Shown in pieces: positions 29,218 to 43,858 of a DNA stretch of 64,000 bases. The notes under the pieces were generated by a model. The model saw only the letters and a list, made by a program, of their open reading frames with translations, did no database searches and was not told the origin of the DNA. The first letter of the stretch is position 1; the number at the start of each line of letters is the position of its first letter. The stretch is taken from NCBI RefSeq assembly GCF_964355755.1, contig NC_092670.1:13626795-13690794 (forward strand), given 5' to 3'. A program made the position numbers and the translations under genes. Source of the DNA: Antedon mediterranea (lineage: Eukaryota > Animalia > Echinodermata).

Positions 29218-31952
29218 CAGTGCATAATACAACATACCATGTGTTTGTTTTATTCTTTTATTGATAACAATTATTTTCATATGTACAATATCTCTTGTAG
29301 CATACCGTATAACATAAACTAACCATATGTGATACAAATGAGATGCTGTGTTACCGAATATTCCTATGATACTGGGAAAATATTTTAGTATGTGGAGATA
29401 CAGCATTGAGCATCAGGTAAAATAATGAGTGTGATCGTTTATAATTTGGTTAGGTATTTAAAACAAAATACTTTGGTTTTTCCATATAATGTTACTAAGA
29501 ATATAAATTGAGATATAGTCCTAACTGCGCTACAAGTTATATAACACAACGTGGAAGGTATAGTGACTTATAATGAGAAATATCTCACATTAAGTAACAC
29601 ATTATATCTTATGTCTATTAGACGCACCAATTAACTGTGTTTGTTTTCATTAAGTTCTGTTCCCACTAGAGCAGCAAGGCGCGTTTGTATTTAATGCATG
29701 AATGTGTTCACACACGAGAACCCTGCCCTGTGTACTTTAATAATAATGTGATGTTAATCCTCGAATTCTACTCAAACAATGTATGTACACGCTAGGCCTA
29801 TTATGGTATGCTCTCCACAACTCCACTACGCATGTGCACCTACGAGCACCCCGTGTACTATAATCTGTTTAAACGATAATGCGATTATTAATATTAAATA
29901 TCGGTGTACATAGAACGTGATATCAAAGATGCGTATGACGGACAAAAATAAATTGCAAATTACCAGTTCCATTATCGGTCAAGTTTGTCATAATGTTAGT
30001 CATCAATGACGGCAATAAATTGCTATAGATGAAACATATGACGCTGATATTTATATAATCGTGTTGCGGTATCACATTTCATAATTGTTTTAGCAAAATT
30101 CGGTTTAATATGTAAAGTAATGTGTCATGTGACACCATATAGAGTTTAAATCCACAGGCATCGTAACCTACATTGTGCAGGCTATGGTCATGTTTAATGA
30201 AATGTTGTCTTTGTAATTTAAGCATAACTGTAATTATTACTAATAATATCATATTTAATATTCAATATTAATATTTAATATCATATTCACTATCTTTGCA
30301 ATCACCAACATCTTAATGTCGTTACATTATCAATCATAATTTGCTTCATCAAAGTTTCATTTATCTTAAATGTCATGAGTAGTTATTGTGATCATACTCA
30401 ACAGACCATGGAGGAATCATAAAAATTATTTTTGTGATCAAAATCATCATCCCCTTTCGTTCTCAAATTAACATCAATATCATCGCCACCACCGAATCAT
30501 CCTAATCACAATCATCGTGATCTTTTTCATTGTTATCATTCCAACGATGCTTAATTTATTTATGTCATTCATTTATAAATTCATTTATTTATTTTAACAT
30601 CACTTAACATCATCACCATATTATAGATTCCAATTATTTTCTTTGCTTATCAAACATTATCTTCGTGACATTGTGTAATCGATTAAAAGTTCACATTTCA
30701 CAATAAAAAAAGTACCGGTAATCCCGTTACATTCTTAAATTTCAATTTATCAAGCGCGCGCGTGGAATCCTAATATATTATACTATACGTCATTAAAAAA
30801 AAATTGAAATCCAAGTTCTACCATTAATCACACACCTTTCGTGTCTGTTTTCATAAATTATATATTACACATATAGTTTGTCATATCGAGTGTCTAACAG
30901 TAAAGATAAGTGCATGATTAGCACTATTACATTATATTATACTACATTTTGAAACGTACAGTTGTGAACACAGGGGAGGGAGACATTACGGAATAGTAAT
31001 GCCACTCTTGATGGCAAACGATAGATAACACAACGTTAAACTGTCATGTCATGCATCATTCGATTTATTGACTACAATATACTTATACCTGTCATTTGCT
31101 TGCCGAATACCACGGACGATTAGCAAGTATTTATTGATACATAGATTCAAATGGGACATTGCATACCAAAAACAAATCTTTAAGGGTCGTATAAACACGG
31201 AAGAATACTAATACTGCATTTTACTATACAGGGGAATTTTCTTGCATTTTATTTTGTATAGACCTATTTTAATTGTAAACCATAGTATTACGACGCGCTA
31301 TATACGCAGCTTTCCAATAAAATGTAGAAAATACGTGAATGGATTTTTGATTCGACAGCAGCCCTGTCATGTGGCGCATAGTAAAAATATGAAAACCCTC
31401 GTTCGTTCCTTTACAATGCCACACAGTTAAAAAAGTATTGTTATGTCAAATGTGAGTGTTAAAATAAACGTTTTTTTCTAATAATTTATCTTCGCGTGTC
31501 ATGTAAACATTACACGCAAGTTTTTTTGTTATTGTAACTGAATTAATTCTATACAATAATATCTAAACTCTAAAGAGGGCTCTTCTTGATGTAGATCAAA
31601 CTGAAATAACTATCTAGTATAAATTCATACACGATACAATTGAATCTAATATCACACATGCATATTTTTAATATATATTTATATATTATTACCCAAGAGA
31701 GTTTTTGCCAAAATTAGATTGTTAAACGAACGTGGATCGTTCGCTTATTCGATAAAGTAATTTTGCTAAAAACTGAGTACGATTCCCTTGAGTATTTATA
31801 TTGGTTGGCGTTATACGTTTTACTTCAAACTTTTTGATTTTTCTATAGGCTTGTGTGTTTTTGGCTGTTTTTATATCGAACAGTTTAAACAACCGATGCG
31901 ATTCATGCAACATTCAGGTGATCTTATGGAAAGACCTTTATGGTATATTTTG

Positions 31953-32126
31953 TAAATACGTGGAGAAGTACAGTGGTTAAAATGGGAGATTTGGATAGAG
32001 GTGCTTGTCACCTGTTTATCCCTTTCTTTTCGCTGCTTTTTTTTGTTTTTTTTTGTTTTGTGTTTTTGTATGCAGTGATAAAGTTTAATAAATAAAATAT
32101 AATAAATTAAATAAAGTGGTTTTGTT
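31953..32126 (+). mobile_element. Short LINE 3'-end insertion flanked by a 17-bp direct repeat
   Basis: Hairpin ggatagaggtg-cttgt-cacctgtttatcc, U-rich tract and aataaa-rich tail. ctttatggtatattttg occurs at 31936-31952 and 32127-32143. Confidence 0.6.
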
Positions 32127-33119
32127 CTTTATGGTATATTTTGAAGATGTGTCAAAAGAACGTTATGACTTATTACGTAAATTATGAATTATCATGTTTT
32201 CAAGTCGTCATCCAGCTCTGCAATAATATATTTTTTTCTGACCACCGAAGACTAAAAGAAAACAAATAGCATGCGCTTATTATCTGAATCCAAACCTAGA
32301 CCATAATATCGGGTCTGATGACTATATGCCAAAGTTACCAAAGAAAACTCAATGATGTAACTATATGACATCATCGAGTCCTGGGTTCCAGATTGTCACA
32401 GAATCCAAAGCTCCTTAACATGCTACGATAAGGCGCCAATACACATAGTGTGTATCACACGTAACAGTGTGGCTATTGAAATGACAAACTCATTTAATAT
32501 GATTTGAAAACGAGTTAAATAATATAATTGTCCGTTTGTATAAATTTCACCACTAAAGCAATTTTCGTCACGTACATTCGACTAAGTCAGATAAAAATAA
32601 GTTCAGTTTTCGAGTTTAATTCATTATAATTTTATTTACTTTTTAAATAAAGGATCTGTAGTCTACGTAACCACCTATTATTAATTCTTAAAATACAATT
32701 TTGAATAGCTGACGGCATCGATGTCAAACTGAGATATAGACATGGTAAGAATAAATAGCCGGCGGTTCCTTATTTGGTGAATATTGAATAGTTAGTAAAC
32801 ACAATAGTGGAAAGGAAAATATAAAGTACAAAAATGTTAGTATTGAATACATAGTTCATGTCGTATTGTTACTATTCATATGCCATTTCAAAGATCCTAT
32901 GTGCTGCAGGCAAATCTAACATCACAACTAAAGGACATAGCTCCAATAGTGACGTCATATGTATTATTGGGACAGAACAGCTTAAAGGATAGCTCCGGGT
33001 TCAAACTTAAGTATGGTTTCTTGATGAAACATATACAGTAAATTGATAATAACCCTAATAATATTTTGAATAGCTGTGAAGTAGAACGAGCGTTGTGATG
33101 AAAGTGGTGCTACAAGATT

Positions 33120-33290
33120 CATTGTAAATCTTTAAGCCTTTAATATATTTTATGTCATTTGAATATTTAAAATTTTATGTGTTGTACTGTATGTATGTTT
33201 TATCGAGAGCCCTGAATGATCAGTTCTATTAGGAACTGGATAGGCTACCCTCAGTAAATATGGTAATAAATAAATAAAAAATAAATAAAT
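33120..33290 (+). mobile_element. LINE 3'-UTR and tail fragment
   Basis: Stem-loop cagttc-tattag-gaactg followed by a (TAAA)n tail. Confidence 0.5.
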
Positions 33291-35795
33291 ACATTTTTTT
33301 TCTATAGGCCTATACAGTAATACAGTAAATATATTGATGCAACCTTTTTTTTTTATAATAAACTAACACACATTCTAAGCCCGGATCTACCTTTAACCAT
33401 GGAGGAAATCGGAATCTCGGTACTCTCTAGATTTTCCAAGTATCATAGGAAAAAATCGTAATACATAACCATCTAACCCTTAACCTAACCTTATGATACA
33501 GTATCCACTCAATGTGATACACTCCAGTTGCATTACGGAATATTTCTATAATAATAGGAAGGGAAATGTTATCGTATGCGGCGATACTACTACAGCTTCT
33601 TATCAAAATCAGCATCTGCTAATAAGATTAAAAATGATATGTTTTCATGGTTTCTATCTATAACATGGTTAAAAGAAAAGTTCGGGTACCCGGAAAACAT
33701 TTTCAAATTTATGATTCCATAGTATCTAATTCCGTGTTGCTGTAACACCTTTATGAAAACAGTACGTTTTACTAATTGGATCGCGAGATAAGATTATAAA
33801 TAAATAGGCACGTATGGCGTATTATTTGATAGTCATCTTTTGGAGCATAACAATAACTGGGTAAAATTTCAGAAATCGATCAAGGATAACATAAAGACAT
33901 GTACATAAAAACTATTCATATTTACTGCACGTCATGCAGTGATCGTTTTCAACTAAATCTAGTACACATCAACATGTTATCTTACAAAATATTACACCAT
34001 AATGAGTCATTATATGATATACTATGAAATTTAACTACGTTATAAAATCACAATAAATCACGTAGTCGCCACTTTGTCCAACGACCATGCAACGGAAATA
34101 CAATAGAGATATTCTATAGTAAGAAATCTGCAATCAATTAAAACAACGATTTCAAAGTATTTTAAATTCATCTGGTACGGTGTTTCTTTTACTGCTATCG
34201 TGATGATGTATTTCTCTCTCCAAGTTTATAACTATAAATTGGACATAATGTTAGGGGTACTTGACATTGGGAGTTTATTTAGGCGCAACGTACGTGTAAC
34301 AGTAGGTATTAGAAAGTAAACTATCATTATTCTACATAATGATATATTATCACTTTTCATTTGTCATCTCGGAATTTTTTTAAAAATTTATTTTTAGTAT
34401 CCTTATTTAAGTTACCTTTTGGCGAATACAAAGCGACCTGTCTGTCACAATTCACTGTTTTACTTTCAAATCTGTACATACATTTAACTATTCTTAATTA
34501 TATTTTTAAGGTGTTACAACTATTATAATCATTACAACTATTCTTCTAAGAAGCGTGCCACCGAAGCTTTCAACAACAAATGAATTAATATCGATATTAT
34601 TACAAGTGCTGTTAACGTTTTACTTTACACTATGACATTTATAAGAAAAACAATTATACCTCGATTTTTGTTGTTTTTGTTTGACAAATAGGTAAATTAG
34701 CGATAACGTCGACTAAATGATAATGGATACACACGAGGATTTTTTTTTCTAATATGTATCACGTAAAATATACAAGAAAGAAATGTAATATTTCCTACCT
34801 CCGGCCACTAACAGCACGGCCACTGCCACAACGAAACGAACCAATATCGAACTGTTTGAACCACTCAGCGCTTAATCCGTTGGTTGCTTTGGCACACTTT
34901 CTACTTAGTCGTAGATTTGTGACTAAATGAGATACTTTGGTCATCTAACCATACTAAGTCCGTGTTTATCCAATTTTCAAACGCTAGTAGTCACATGAGT
35001 AAGACACGACCAATCGCTACTGACATACGCTATGATTATAATAAACGCATGCGCAGTTTGAATCGAGCAATGCTTTCCGAGTAGTTACTGAGCGACGGGA
35101 TTTAAAATCCATATTACCTCAGCATGAAGCAGTTATAACTTAATGAATGTTCTATGAATCAAAGCAACATTATTTTTACTCTTATCATCATTAACACTTT
35201 TAGTATTAGACCTACAACATTGACTTTAATTAGTTTTCAATATTATGAATTATTCATTTTAGCTATAGGCCTAATGCATGCCACAACAAACGCGTGTATC
35301 GCGTGTTGCTGTTGCACACAAAGTTTGTGGACAGGCGATCTTTCTCCTCAATGCAGATTGTGCTGAATCGGTGATAGCTACCTGAGAGAGTAATAAACGA
35401 CACGACAGCTAAGTTTATTTTGAATAATGACATATGTTTTAAAGGTAGAGAGAGGAAAAAAGATTGGCCTAGATCGTATCATGAATAACCGAAACTGATA
35501 AGTAAATCTACACACATGAACGAGGTCAATAACTGCTGATATGAAAACAAATACTGAAATGAGGAAATTAATATGATTTTCAATTTATTAGAAATAAAAG
35601 AGGCGTATATTATTGCTATATTTCTAATACAGATCTACAAAAGGAAAATATTTTTTCACTGTAATTTAATACTTTATAGTAGGCCTATATATTTGTCGAT
35701 TAAGTTGTATTTATTTTATTCCATCATCCCAGCATAAATAATTTTAATATTAGGCAATTCTCTAGTTATCTTCTTAATTGTCAAGTCACTCGTTA

Positions 35796-35995
35796 AAGCT
35801 TAGTTCCCACTAGCGACGCAACGTAACGCAATCTACGCAACGTAAGAAAATGCCCTTCTAATAATTGTGTTTGCCCCCGCCTGCGTGAAATCAAACCTAC
35901 GATGTTTGCAGCACACTTGTGATTACGCAATACAACACTTTGTGTCGATATGTCGCTGCGTTACGTTGCGTTGCGTTCTAGTGGGAACCACGCTT
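35796..35995. mobile_element. MITE family A, long subfamily
   Basis: TA|aagcttagttcccactag...ctagtgggaaccacgctt|TA. Interior aagaaaatgcccttc shared with the copies at 36312 and 38764. Confidence 0.9.
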
Positions 35996-36311
35996 TAGGG
36001 GCAGAAAAATACATGGCCTCATCATTTCGTCTATACAGTGGGCTTAATTATGTTCACTTATGGCATGGCGATAAGGGTCCAGTGAATTGGCACCCGTTCT
36101 GTTACCCGGCTGAAGAGACAGTCAGGCCAGTTAAAACAACTAATCGCCGACTCGTGACGATAAAATGCCGTCATCTGTCTTTTCAGTGTATAGGCCTATT
36201 GACATAAATAGTTTATTATAACTCACTGTACAATATTGATATTATTATGGAACAATTCCATCCACAAACCAATATGTTTGTATTATATTTATATGATGAT
36301 GATGATTCCTA

Positions 36312-36779
36312 AAGCCTGGTTCCCACTAGCGACGCAACGTAACACAATCTACGCAACGTAAGAAAATGCCCTTCTAATAATTGTGTTTGCCCCCACCTGC
36401 GTGAAATCAAACCTACGATGTTTGCAGCACTATAGTGAATCGTCGGTTCCCACTTGTGATTACGCAATACAGCAGTTTGCGTCGATACGTCGCTGCGTTG
36501 CGTTCTAGTGGGAACCATGGTTTACGGTGGGTTCTAACGCAAGGACGTACACCCAACGCAAACGAGTTGACCAATCACAAGCGAACGTTCGAATAAGCTT
36601 GATTCTCACTAGCGACGCAACGCAAGGGGGTAACGCAGCGCAAAGTGATGGATTATTCAAAATGTATTGGTCAACTCGCTTGCGTTGCATCTACGTCCTT
36701 GCGTTGCGTCGCTAGCGAGAACCACGCCTTTCGTTTCGCTTACGTCCTTGCGTTACTTCTCCTAGTGGGAACCAAGCAT
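36312..36779. mobile_element. Stack of three family-A MITEs (36312-36522, then 36595-36730 nested inside a third copy)
   Basis: Three sets of TIR and arm sequences; the inner copy interrupts the centre of the outer palindrome. Confidence 0.85.
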
Positions 36780-38746
36780 AATCAATAAAAACATTCATCC
36801 AATATTATGGACCTTTGACGACGATGAATAGTTTATGACTGCTGGGTTTACGTCATAAACAAAGGTTCATGGTTTAACATTATAATGGAAGGACAATATA
36901 AGCTCATTTTATTAATGTTATAAGATAACAAAATGCTCTTCATTAATTACAACAAGAAAGTGTCCCCTTAAATTCAACTGTTAAGATATTGAATGACACT
37001 AAGCAGCTGAATTGAATAAGCTATAGTAGCAACGATAGCGATACACTCAATTATTTCTGAAAATAAAATTTAATCGAATAAATCGTCTGCAGAGCAATGC
37101 CCGTAATCAAGTTTATTTATAATTCATTATGTTAATCTGGACGAAGATAAATCTATTATTTGTACAATTAGACAAGCATGAGCTTATTATCAAAGCAATA
37201 TGTACAGAAACAACTGTAATGCTATGTGCAAATATAAACTAAATCTCCGACTACATTATCAAAATAATGACAAAAATAAAATGTGATGTGCACAAATAAC
37301 GGTAGTGATATGCATAAAAATGGTAGTGATATGACATAATCATGTCCATAATGAGCACACCACATTTTTTGTCACAGGAATTTGAGCTTTAGACATTAAT
37401 TTAGCAGTTAACTGCCTAAAATATCTGACATGATTATAACTGACTTCAGGGGCCTATATTGAGGTATCCAGGATTGTTATGTATACATTTAACAAAAAGT
37501 AGATTTAATTGTGGACGAATGATAAATGACGGAGAGATAGTTTTGAAAGGAGATGTTTCATCATGCAATCATTAACCAGAATCGAGAAGACGTGCGCTGT
37601 AGAATTTAGATGGATAACAATATTCGATAACATTTCTGTTCTCTTTCTTGTACACGTACGCACCCGGTCCTATCCTACGTACATGCCATAAGCTAATTTG
37701 ACATAGTTTGACATAAGGACGAATATTTTGCAGAAAAAACTGTCATGCCAATATAAATTGCTAGATCATACGCGTGCGAGTATGTTTCTTATACGTTGTG
37801 TGCTACGGACCAGGCTATCGGCATTGTCAGCTTGTAAGTACTATACACTATATTACTATTAGGCACGGTGCGCCGATGTAACCAATACATTCAGCAGAAT
37901 ACTATACGTTTTATTGTACAATCCAATAATAATCATTGATTACTATCAGCTTTTAGGGCCGTCCCCTATGCTGTTAATTCCGCGAACAAAACATACTGTT
38001 TTTCTCCTGGGAAACGGGTAACTTAGATGACGTAAAATCTCATTATTTCATTACTATTCCGATGTGGTTTTCTACATTAACTTGAACAAAACAGACATGA
38101 TAAGTATGTAAGAAAAAAATGATGAAGAACTATATTGATTGATGCTGCAAACATCAATGGAATAACGTTTGGTCCGAAACTAAAGTAGTAAATCTTGATC
38201 ATGAAAGTGAAAATAGAAATAAATCCGGTAACTGAAACTAAATAGTAGGCTAAACTAAAACTAAATCAACTAAAACCTGTAGGTTTATCCTGTATATATC
38301 CAAAATAGTTGGAAAAAGGGCAAGAAAACATGTATCTATATCAACTTAAACTAATATAAATCGTCATAATGTATTACTACTCGAGAAGCCATCGAATTCC
38401 ACTCGGAAATATAATCTCTATGACAACTATTACACGTCGTAACAAAAGACACTTTATACGCAAACGATAGACTTTTTAAAAATATAGTCACGTATACATA
38501 CTGAATACAACTAAGGCCTTGTTCTATATTAAATTTGCTAGTTATAGAATTACATTAATATGACTCGTTTTTTTCATACTACAGTACATTATAAATTCGC
38601 AACCGCACTTATGATAAGTTAAGTATTCATAGAATGATTGATCGAATAACATATTGGGAAATAATAATCATTTGTTGGCTTTTATTTCTTTTTTTTTTAT
38701 TATAATTATTTTAAGGAAGCACCATTTCGTACAACAACGGGCCCAA

Positions 38747-39097
38747 AAGCACGATTCTCACTAAAGCTTGGTTCTCACTAGCGACGCAACGTAACGCAAG
38801 CTACGCAACGGAAGAAAATGCCCTTCCAATTGTGTTTGCCCCTGCCGGCGTGAAACCAAACCTGTGGTATTTGCAGCACTGTTGCGTCGTCGGTTCCCAC
38901 TTGTGATTACGCAATACAACACTTTGCGTCGTTGCGTTGCGTTCTAGTGGGAACCACGCTTTAGACGCAACACAAGCGCTTAAGTGCAACGCGAGTATAA
39001 CACTAGACGACGCGATGGATCATCTGAAATGTTGCTCGTGATTGGTCAACTCACTTACGATGGTCCGATGCGCTATGTCCGAGAAAAAACCAATCTT
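38747..39097. mobile_element. Family-A MITE (38764-38961) inserted in the TIR of an older family-A copy
   Basis: aagcacgattctcacTA|aagcttgg...ccacgctt|TAgacgcaac. Confidence 0.8.
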
Positions 39098-41067
39098 TAT
39101 ATATGCTTTAGGCCTATATTTTCAGTGTAAATGCATCATCGGACATAAACTCATCTCTTAGACGTGTTGTGTCATCTTAAAAAACGCAACGGTATATCAA
39201 AAAGTCATTGTTTTGGTTATGTTACAAACGTCGAATTATTTAATCAAATAACATCACATTTATGTTTTATCAAATCCATGATTTACGTCCACGTTCTACG
39301 TCCACGTTCTAATTTTGTTTAAATCAAATCAACCTACATTTTCAATGTTCATCAGTTATAACTAACACGAACATTACGTGCATGTTGTACTGCACTTTTA
39401 ATGCATTGTCGTTTCAGGACAATTTACAACAGGATGAGGAACAATATACTGCTGTTAGCAGTAACTACATTTTTTTTACTCGTAAACCTGTTTATGCAAT
39501 TATTTAGAAAGCTGTTTATTGCAGTCTCTACTTCATAAATTACTAATTGAAAGAAACTAAATAATACATTATTGCTGTTGTAAGAAAATATAATTACTGC
39601 AGTATCTGTAGCATAATAATTTAGACAATTTATTATGGTTCTTAAGTCAGACTCGAGTTGTTACGACAAATGCAAAACAGCATTAAACCGTTCGTCTCTT
39701 AAATAAAAACGAACAGTAAATTAAACAAACAATAATTATATATCTAAATACCTACTTTTAATTTTAAGTGAAGTCTTTTAGTTAGTGTTCTCTAAGATCT
39801 TTGAATATCATTACTTATTTTCTATAATATTGCCTTAATTGTCTTAATACATTATCTTATACTTTTAATCGACTTGATACTGATTTCATTCTGAATGAGG
39901 TACTTAATGTTTCCCACAACGTTCTTCTTTGAATGAAGTAACATTAAAATAATAAATACTATAGCTTGATATATTTTTCAATGCTCTGTGGTCTTTAGTA
40001 AAAATTATCATAAAGGGGATAAAATATAGCAATTATGTTAAGTAATCAAATGGAATATACCTTTAGTACTAGACACAGCAAGGCAATTCTACTACTCAAC
40101 CAAAGTAGCATCAATTAACTAATTACATTATATAATGGAAAATCTTCTCTAAAAATAGCAAAATGTAGATTATGAATAAGTAGTAGGATTCCTTCAACAA
40201 CGTTTTCATGTCAAACACAACAATCAACAATTGCGTGCCGCAATGTAAACACTTCGAGATTCCAAACACGATTTTATCAAGTCGAATGCCTAATATACAT
40301 ATGTATACGTTACTTGTGATAGCGAATAAAACAAAATAGTGTTTACAATAATAATACACACGTAACGGAGAGCGTTTGATTAATTAATAATTACTAAATT
40401 AGATACAAATTAGAAACCAGTATGTAGTTCTCTCAACATTTAAAATAACACGGTTGTATAGTTACATCTATAATATCTAAATATTACAGCATTTGGAGAA
40501 GAGTTTGGAGGAAAACTGAAGATTGCATGTCGGCCTATCCTTAAAATAGGCCTAAGCATAAACTTAAAATATATATATATTTTAATGATGAACAAATACA
40601 CGAAGACTATTGAATATACAGAAAATCTATAATGCGCATTGTTTAAAGTGGCATTTTCTAAAGATCGGTTGGTTCTTCACGCAACGCAAGGACGTACGCA
40701 CAAGTCGAGTAGTTTGACCAATTACTAATGACGTCCTAGCGAGAAAACAGTTGCTTTACAATATGCTCCAACCACCAGAACCGCTATCTTTTCATAATAG
40801 GCACAGCAAGCTGTAAATATTCACTAGTAACATATTGATTGGTTAAACTATCATTAATTTGGTAACTGTTCAGAAAAATATATGTACACCTCTGGGGTGG
40901 CTTTACTCTTGATATTATAAGAGAATATTAGGAAGACGTAGATTTAATTGATGTAATGATTTAAAAATATGGAGTAAAACCTGTATGAACAGAATAAAAT
41001 AAAAGCAAAGTAGACAGTAGAAAATAAAGTCATGATGGTCAACCTTCGGGGAAAACAGATGGCATTT

Positions 41068-41345
41068 GATAATGGTGATGATGATGATGACGACGACGAC
41101 GTTGGCGATGACGCTGATAATGATAATGGGAGGAGGATGATGATGATGATGACATTGATGATGATGACATTGATGATGATGATTATGGTGATGATGATTA
41201 TGATGATGATGATGACTTTGATGATTATGATTATGATTATAATGATGACGATGATGATTATGATTGTGATGCCGATGATGATGATAATGATGATGATAAC
41301 AACGACGATGACGTTAGCGATGACGTTGTTGATAATGATGATGAT
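41068..41345. repeat. (GAT)n microsatellite
   Basis: Imperfect GAT/GAC triplet run; source of the poly-Met and poly-Ile ORFs in the track. Confidence 0.95.
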
Positions 41346-42400
41346 AATTAGATGATATTTATTAGAAGTCAATATTGGGAATACCTATGGAAATGATGTG
41401 ACGATCTATCAAGACCTCTTATAAAACCGCTACGGGAAAGATGAAAGTAAAATAACAAGGCCACATAAATGGCTGCAGGCGCAAATTTGAGTTAGTGTTT
41501 ACCGACTGACCGACCGACATAGTGAAAAGGGAGTCACGATGGACACACTTTGGAAAGAAGATGGCATATTAGATGATGACGATGACGATGATGCTGATGG
41601 AGAGGATGGCCCTTACTTCTGATATTAGAAGACCAGATCGAACTGTGACGTGAGGATTTTCAGGCACGAAGTATCTCTATTACGAGAAGATAAAAACAAA
41701 AATATAAATCGTAATGACCATCCTTCGCAGAGAAGACAACATAGTTGACAACAGATATTTTAAATAATTATAATCAATCGAATGTCTGGACGTAATTATG
41801 ATTTTCTATGAAAACGGTAAACTAAAACTAAATTAAGCACATTAACATTTACGATAGAAATACGGTTTTTTTTGCATTGAATACAAAGTTACCCGGGTCA
41901 CTTCTAATATTGTGAGGAAATATTATGTTACAGTTTTTAAACGAGTGCATATAATATGTCGCCAATTCGTTAGGTTTTATGTAACAGATACATTAATATA
42001 ATTTTGTTTTCATATGATTATAGAATAGAATCAGACAGGATCGAAAAAATAGTGTGGGTCAAAAGGTTATTCGTGAAAACGCATGTATACACCAACGCAG
42101 TAAGTAACGGAGGTCCAGGAGCAGACAGCTTTTTGACGCGTTCGGTGGATAAACGATGGAACAGGACTAACTAATTATAGTAATTTTCCCTTTTTCCATC
42201 CAAATAATTTGCCTTTAGCAAAAAAGCTTTTTATTAGTATACTATTCTTGGAATATTATACTCTTTATATTTTTAATCATCGATTTGTTTTTCAATTTTT
42301 TTTGTGATAATGTTGACATACACATAATCGCATAATCGTTGTCATTCACACAGTGCCATCTTCCGTTCTGTAACAAAAGGACAAGTGTGAATGCAGCTTT

Positions 42401-42545
42401 AAGCTCTGTCTACATTATCAAACTAGTTTGATTGATGTGTCAAAACATGGTAGTTATATGGGTAAATATGTTAGTGACATGACATCATCATGTCCATATA
42501 GGGCACATCACATTTTTTTGGTCACATAAAGTTTGATAGTGTAGT
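42401..42545. mobile_element. MITE family B (TIR AAGCTCTGTCTACACT)
   Basis: Shares atggtagtgatatg / gggcacatcacattttttt / aaagtttgatagtgtag with 43392-43496, 43724-43858 and decayed pieces near 37280-37393. Confidence 0.75.
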
Positions 42546-43391
42546 TTATACTCGATAAAAAATATGTAAAGAAACACATAAAATGAATTTAAAAAGCTGT
42601 ATATATCATGCTTCAGAATGTTCTTTAAAATAGATATTACAGTATTATACACGGTAACTACATAATCTGTATTCGAGTTTAGTTTTGTTTTAGAGTTTAA
42701 CTTGTTCAGTGTGGATATCCACAATTGTATCAAAGTACAATGACCGGAATTTTTCGTCAATAAAATTAAACTATAAATAATATTAATAAACTCAATTTTA
42801 AATAACACACTGTTATGAAACCGTCCTAATCTTCCGCATAGTGTAACTTATTAATTATATTTAAAGGTTAATTCCAATAATGAAGTTGTTTGACGGTTCA
42901 ATTGACCGGAACGCTCAACGGAAAGACTCTTCAACGCCCGTGTCCTCCTACCGTAACATCTAATATGTATAGAAAATGTTTATCTAAAAATACGTTAAAA
43001 GATAGGTGAATATATTTGAAAAAAACGAAATTTTGAAAATGAAAATTCCGGAGCTTGATTACTATTGGTGAATAACAATTACAAGCTAAATTAATTATCG
43101 GTTAATTATACGTCTAATTTATTATTATTAATATGTATGTAACATGTCGGCAAAATAATCACATCCAGCGTTACGAGGTGGCAGGTATTCATATAATTTA
43201 TATGAGTTCCAGACGTAAAAGGATAAATGTTTTGGCACACATGGCGTACCATACGTACACTACAGACAAAAATCAAACTAGCATAAAAGAAAAAGACAAT
43301 ACAGGCTTGGGGCAAGTCTAAATTTATATATAATATATATAATATGCCTTCAATAGGCCTACTGTAATGATGTTCAATGGTGATTTCCGTA

Positions 43392-43496
43392 AAGCTCTGT
43401 CTAGGCCTACACTTTCAAACTTGGGCATATCACTACCATATTTGAGCACCTCACACTTTTTTTTGTCAAACTAGTTTTATAGTGTAGACGGAGCTT
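43392..43496. mobile_element. MITE family B, short copy with a GGCCTA insertion in the left TIR
   Basis: TA|aagctctgtcta(ggccta)cact...agtgtagacggagctt|TA. Confidence 0.85.
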
Positions 43497-43723
43497 TACA
43501 CACTGAGTGACGTAACGTCAACGAACTCCTAAAAAATACGTAGCAAGTCTGAATTATGGATCGTACACAATTATTATTACGCATGGATGTATACATTAAT
43601 ACACATGCTATTAAGCTATGTGCTGCTTGACATTGTTAATGTTATTAAAATGCTATCGATCAGATAGTGTGAAACGGAATTAAGATATGTCATTATAATT
43701 GTTATTTTGTTTCCAGGACTATA

Positions 43724-43858
43724 AAGATCTGTCTACTATCTAACGTTATGTGAACAATTTGATGTGCCAATATGGACACGATGACGTCATACCACTACCA
43801 TATTTGGGTACATCACACTTTTTTGTAAAACTAGTTTTTAACAGTGTAGACAGAAATT
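43724..43858. mobile_element. MITE family B, diverged copy
   Basis: aagatctgtctactatc...cagtgtagacagaaatt. Confidence 0.7.

Noticed and set aside
40944-41372. Poly-Ile and poly-Met ORFs
   Set aside because: Translation artefacts of the (GAT)n microsatellite.
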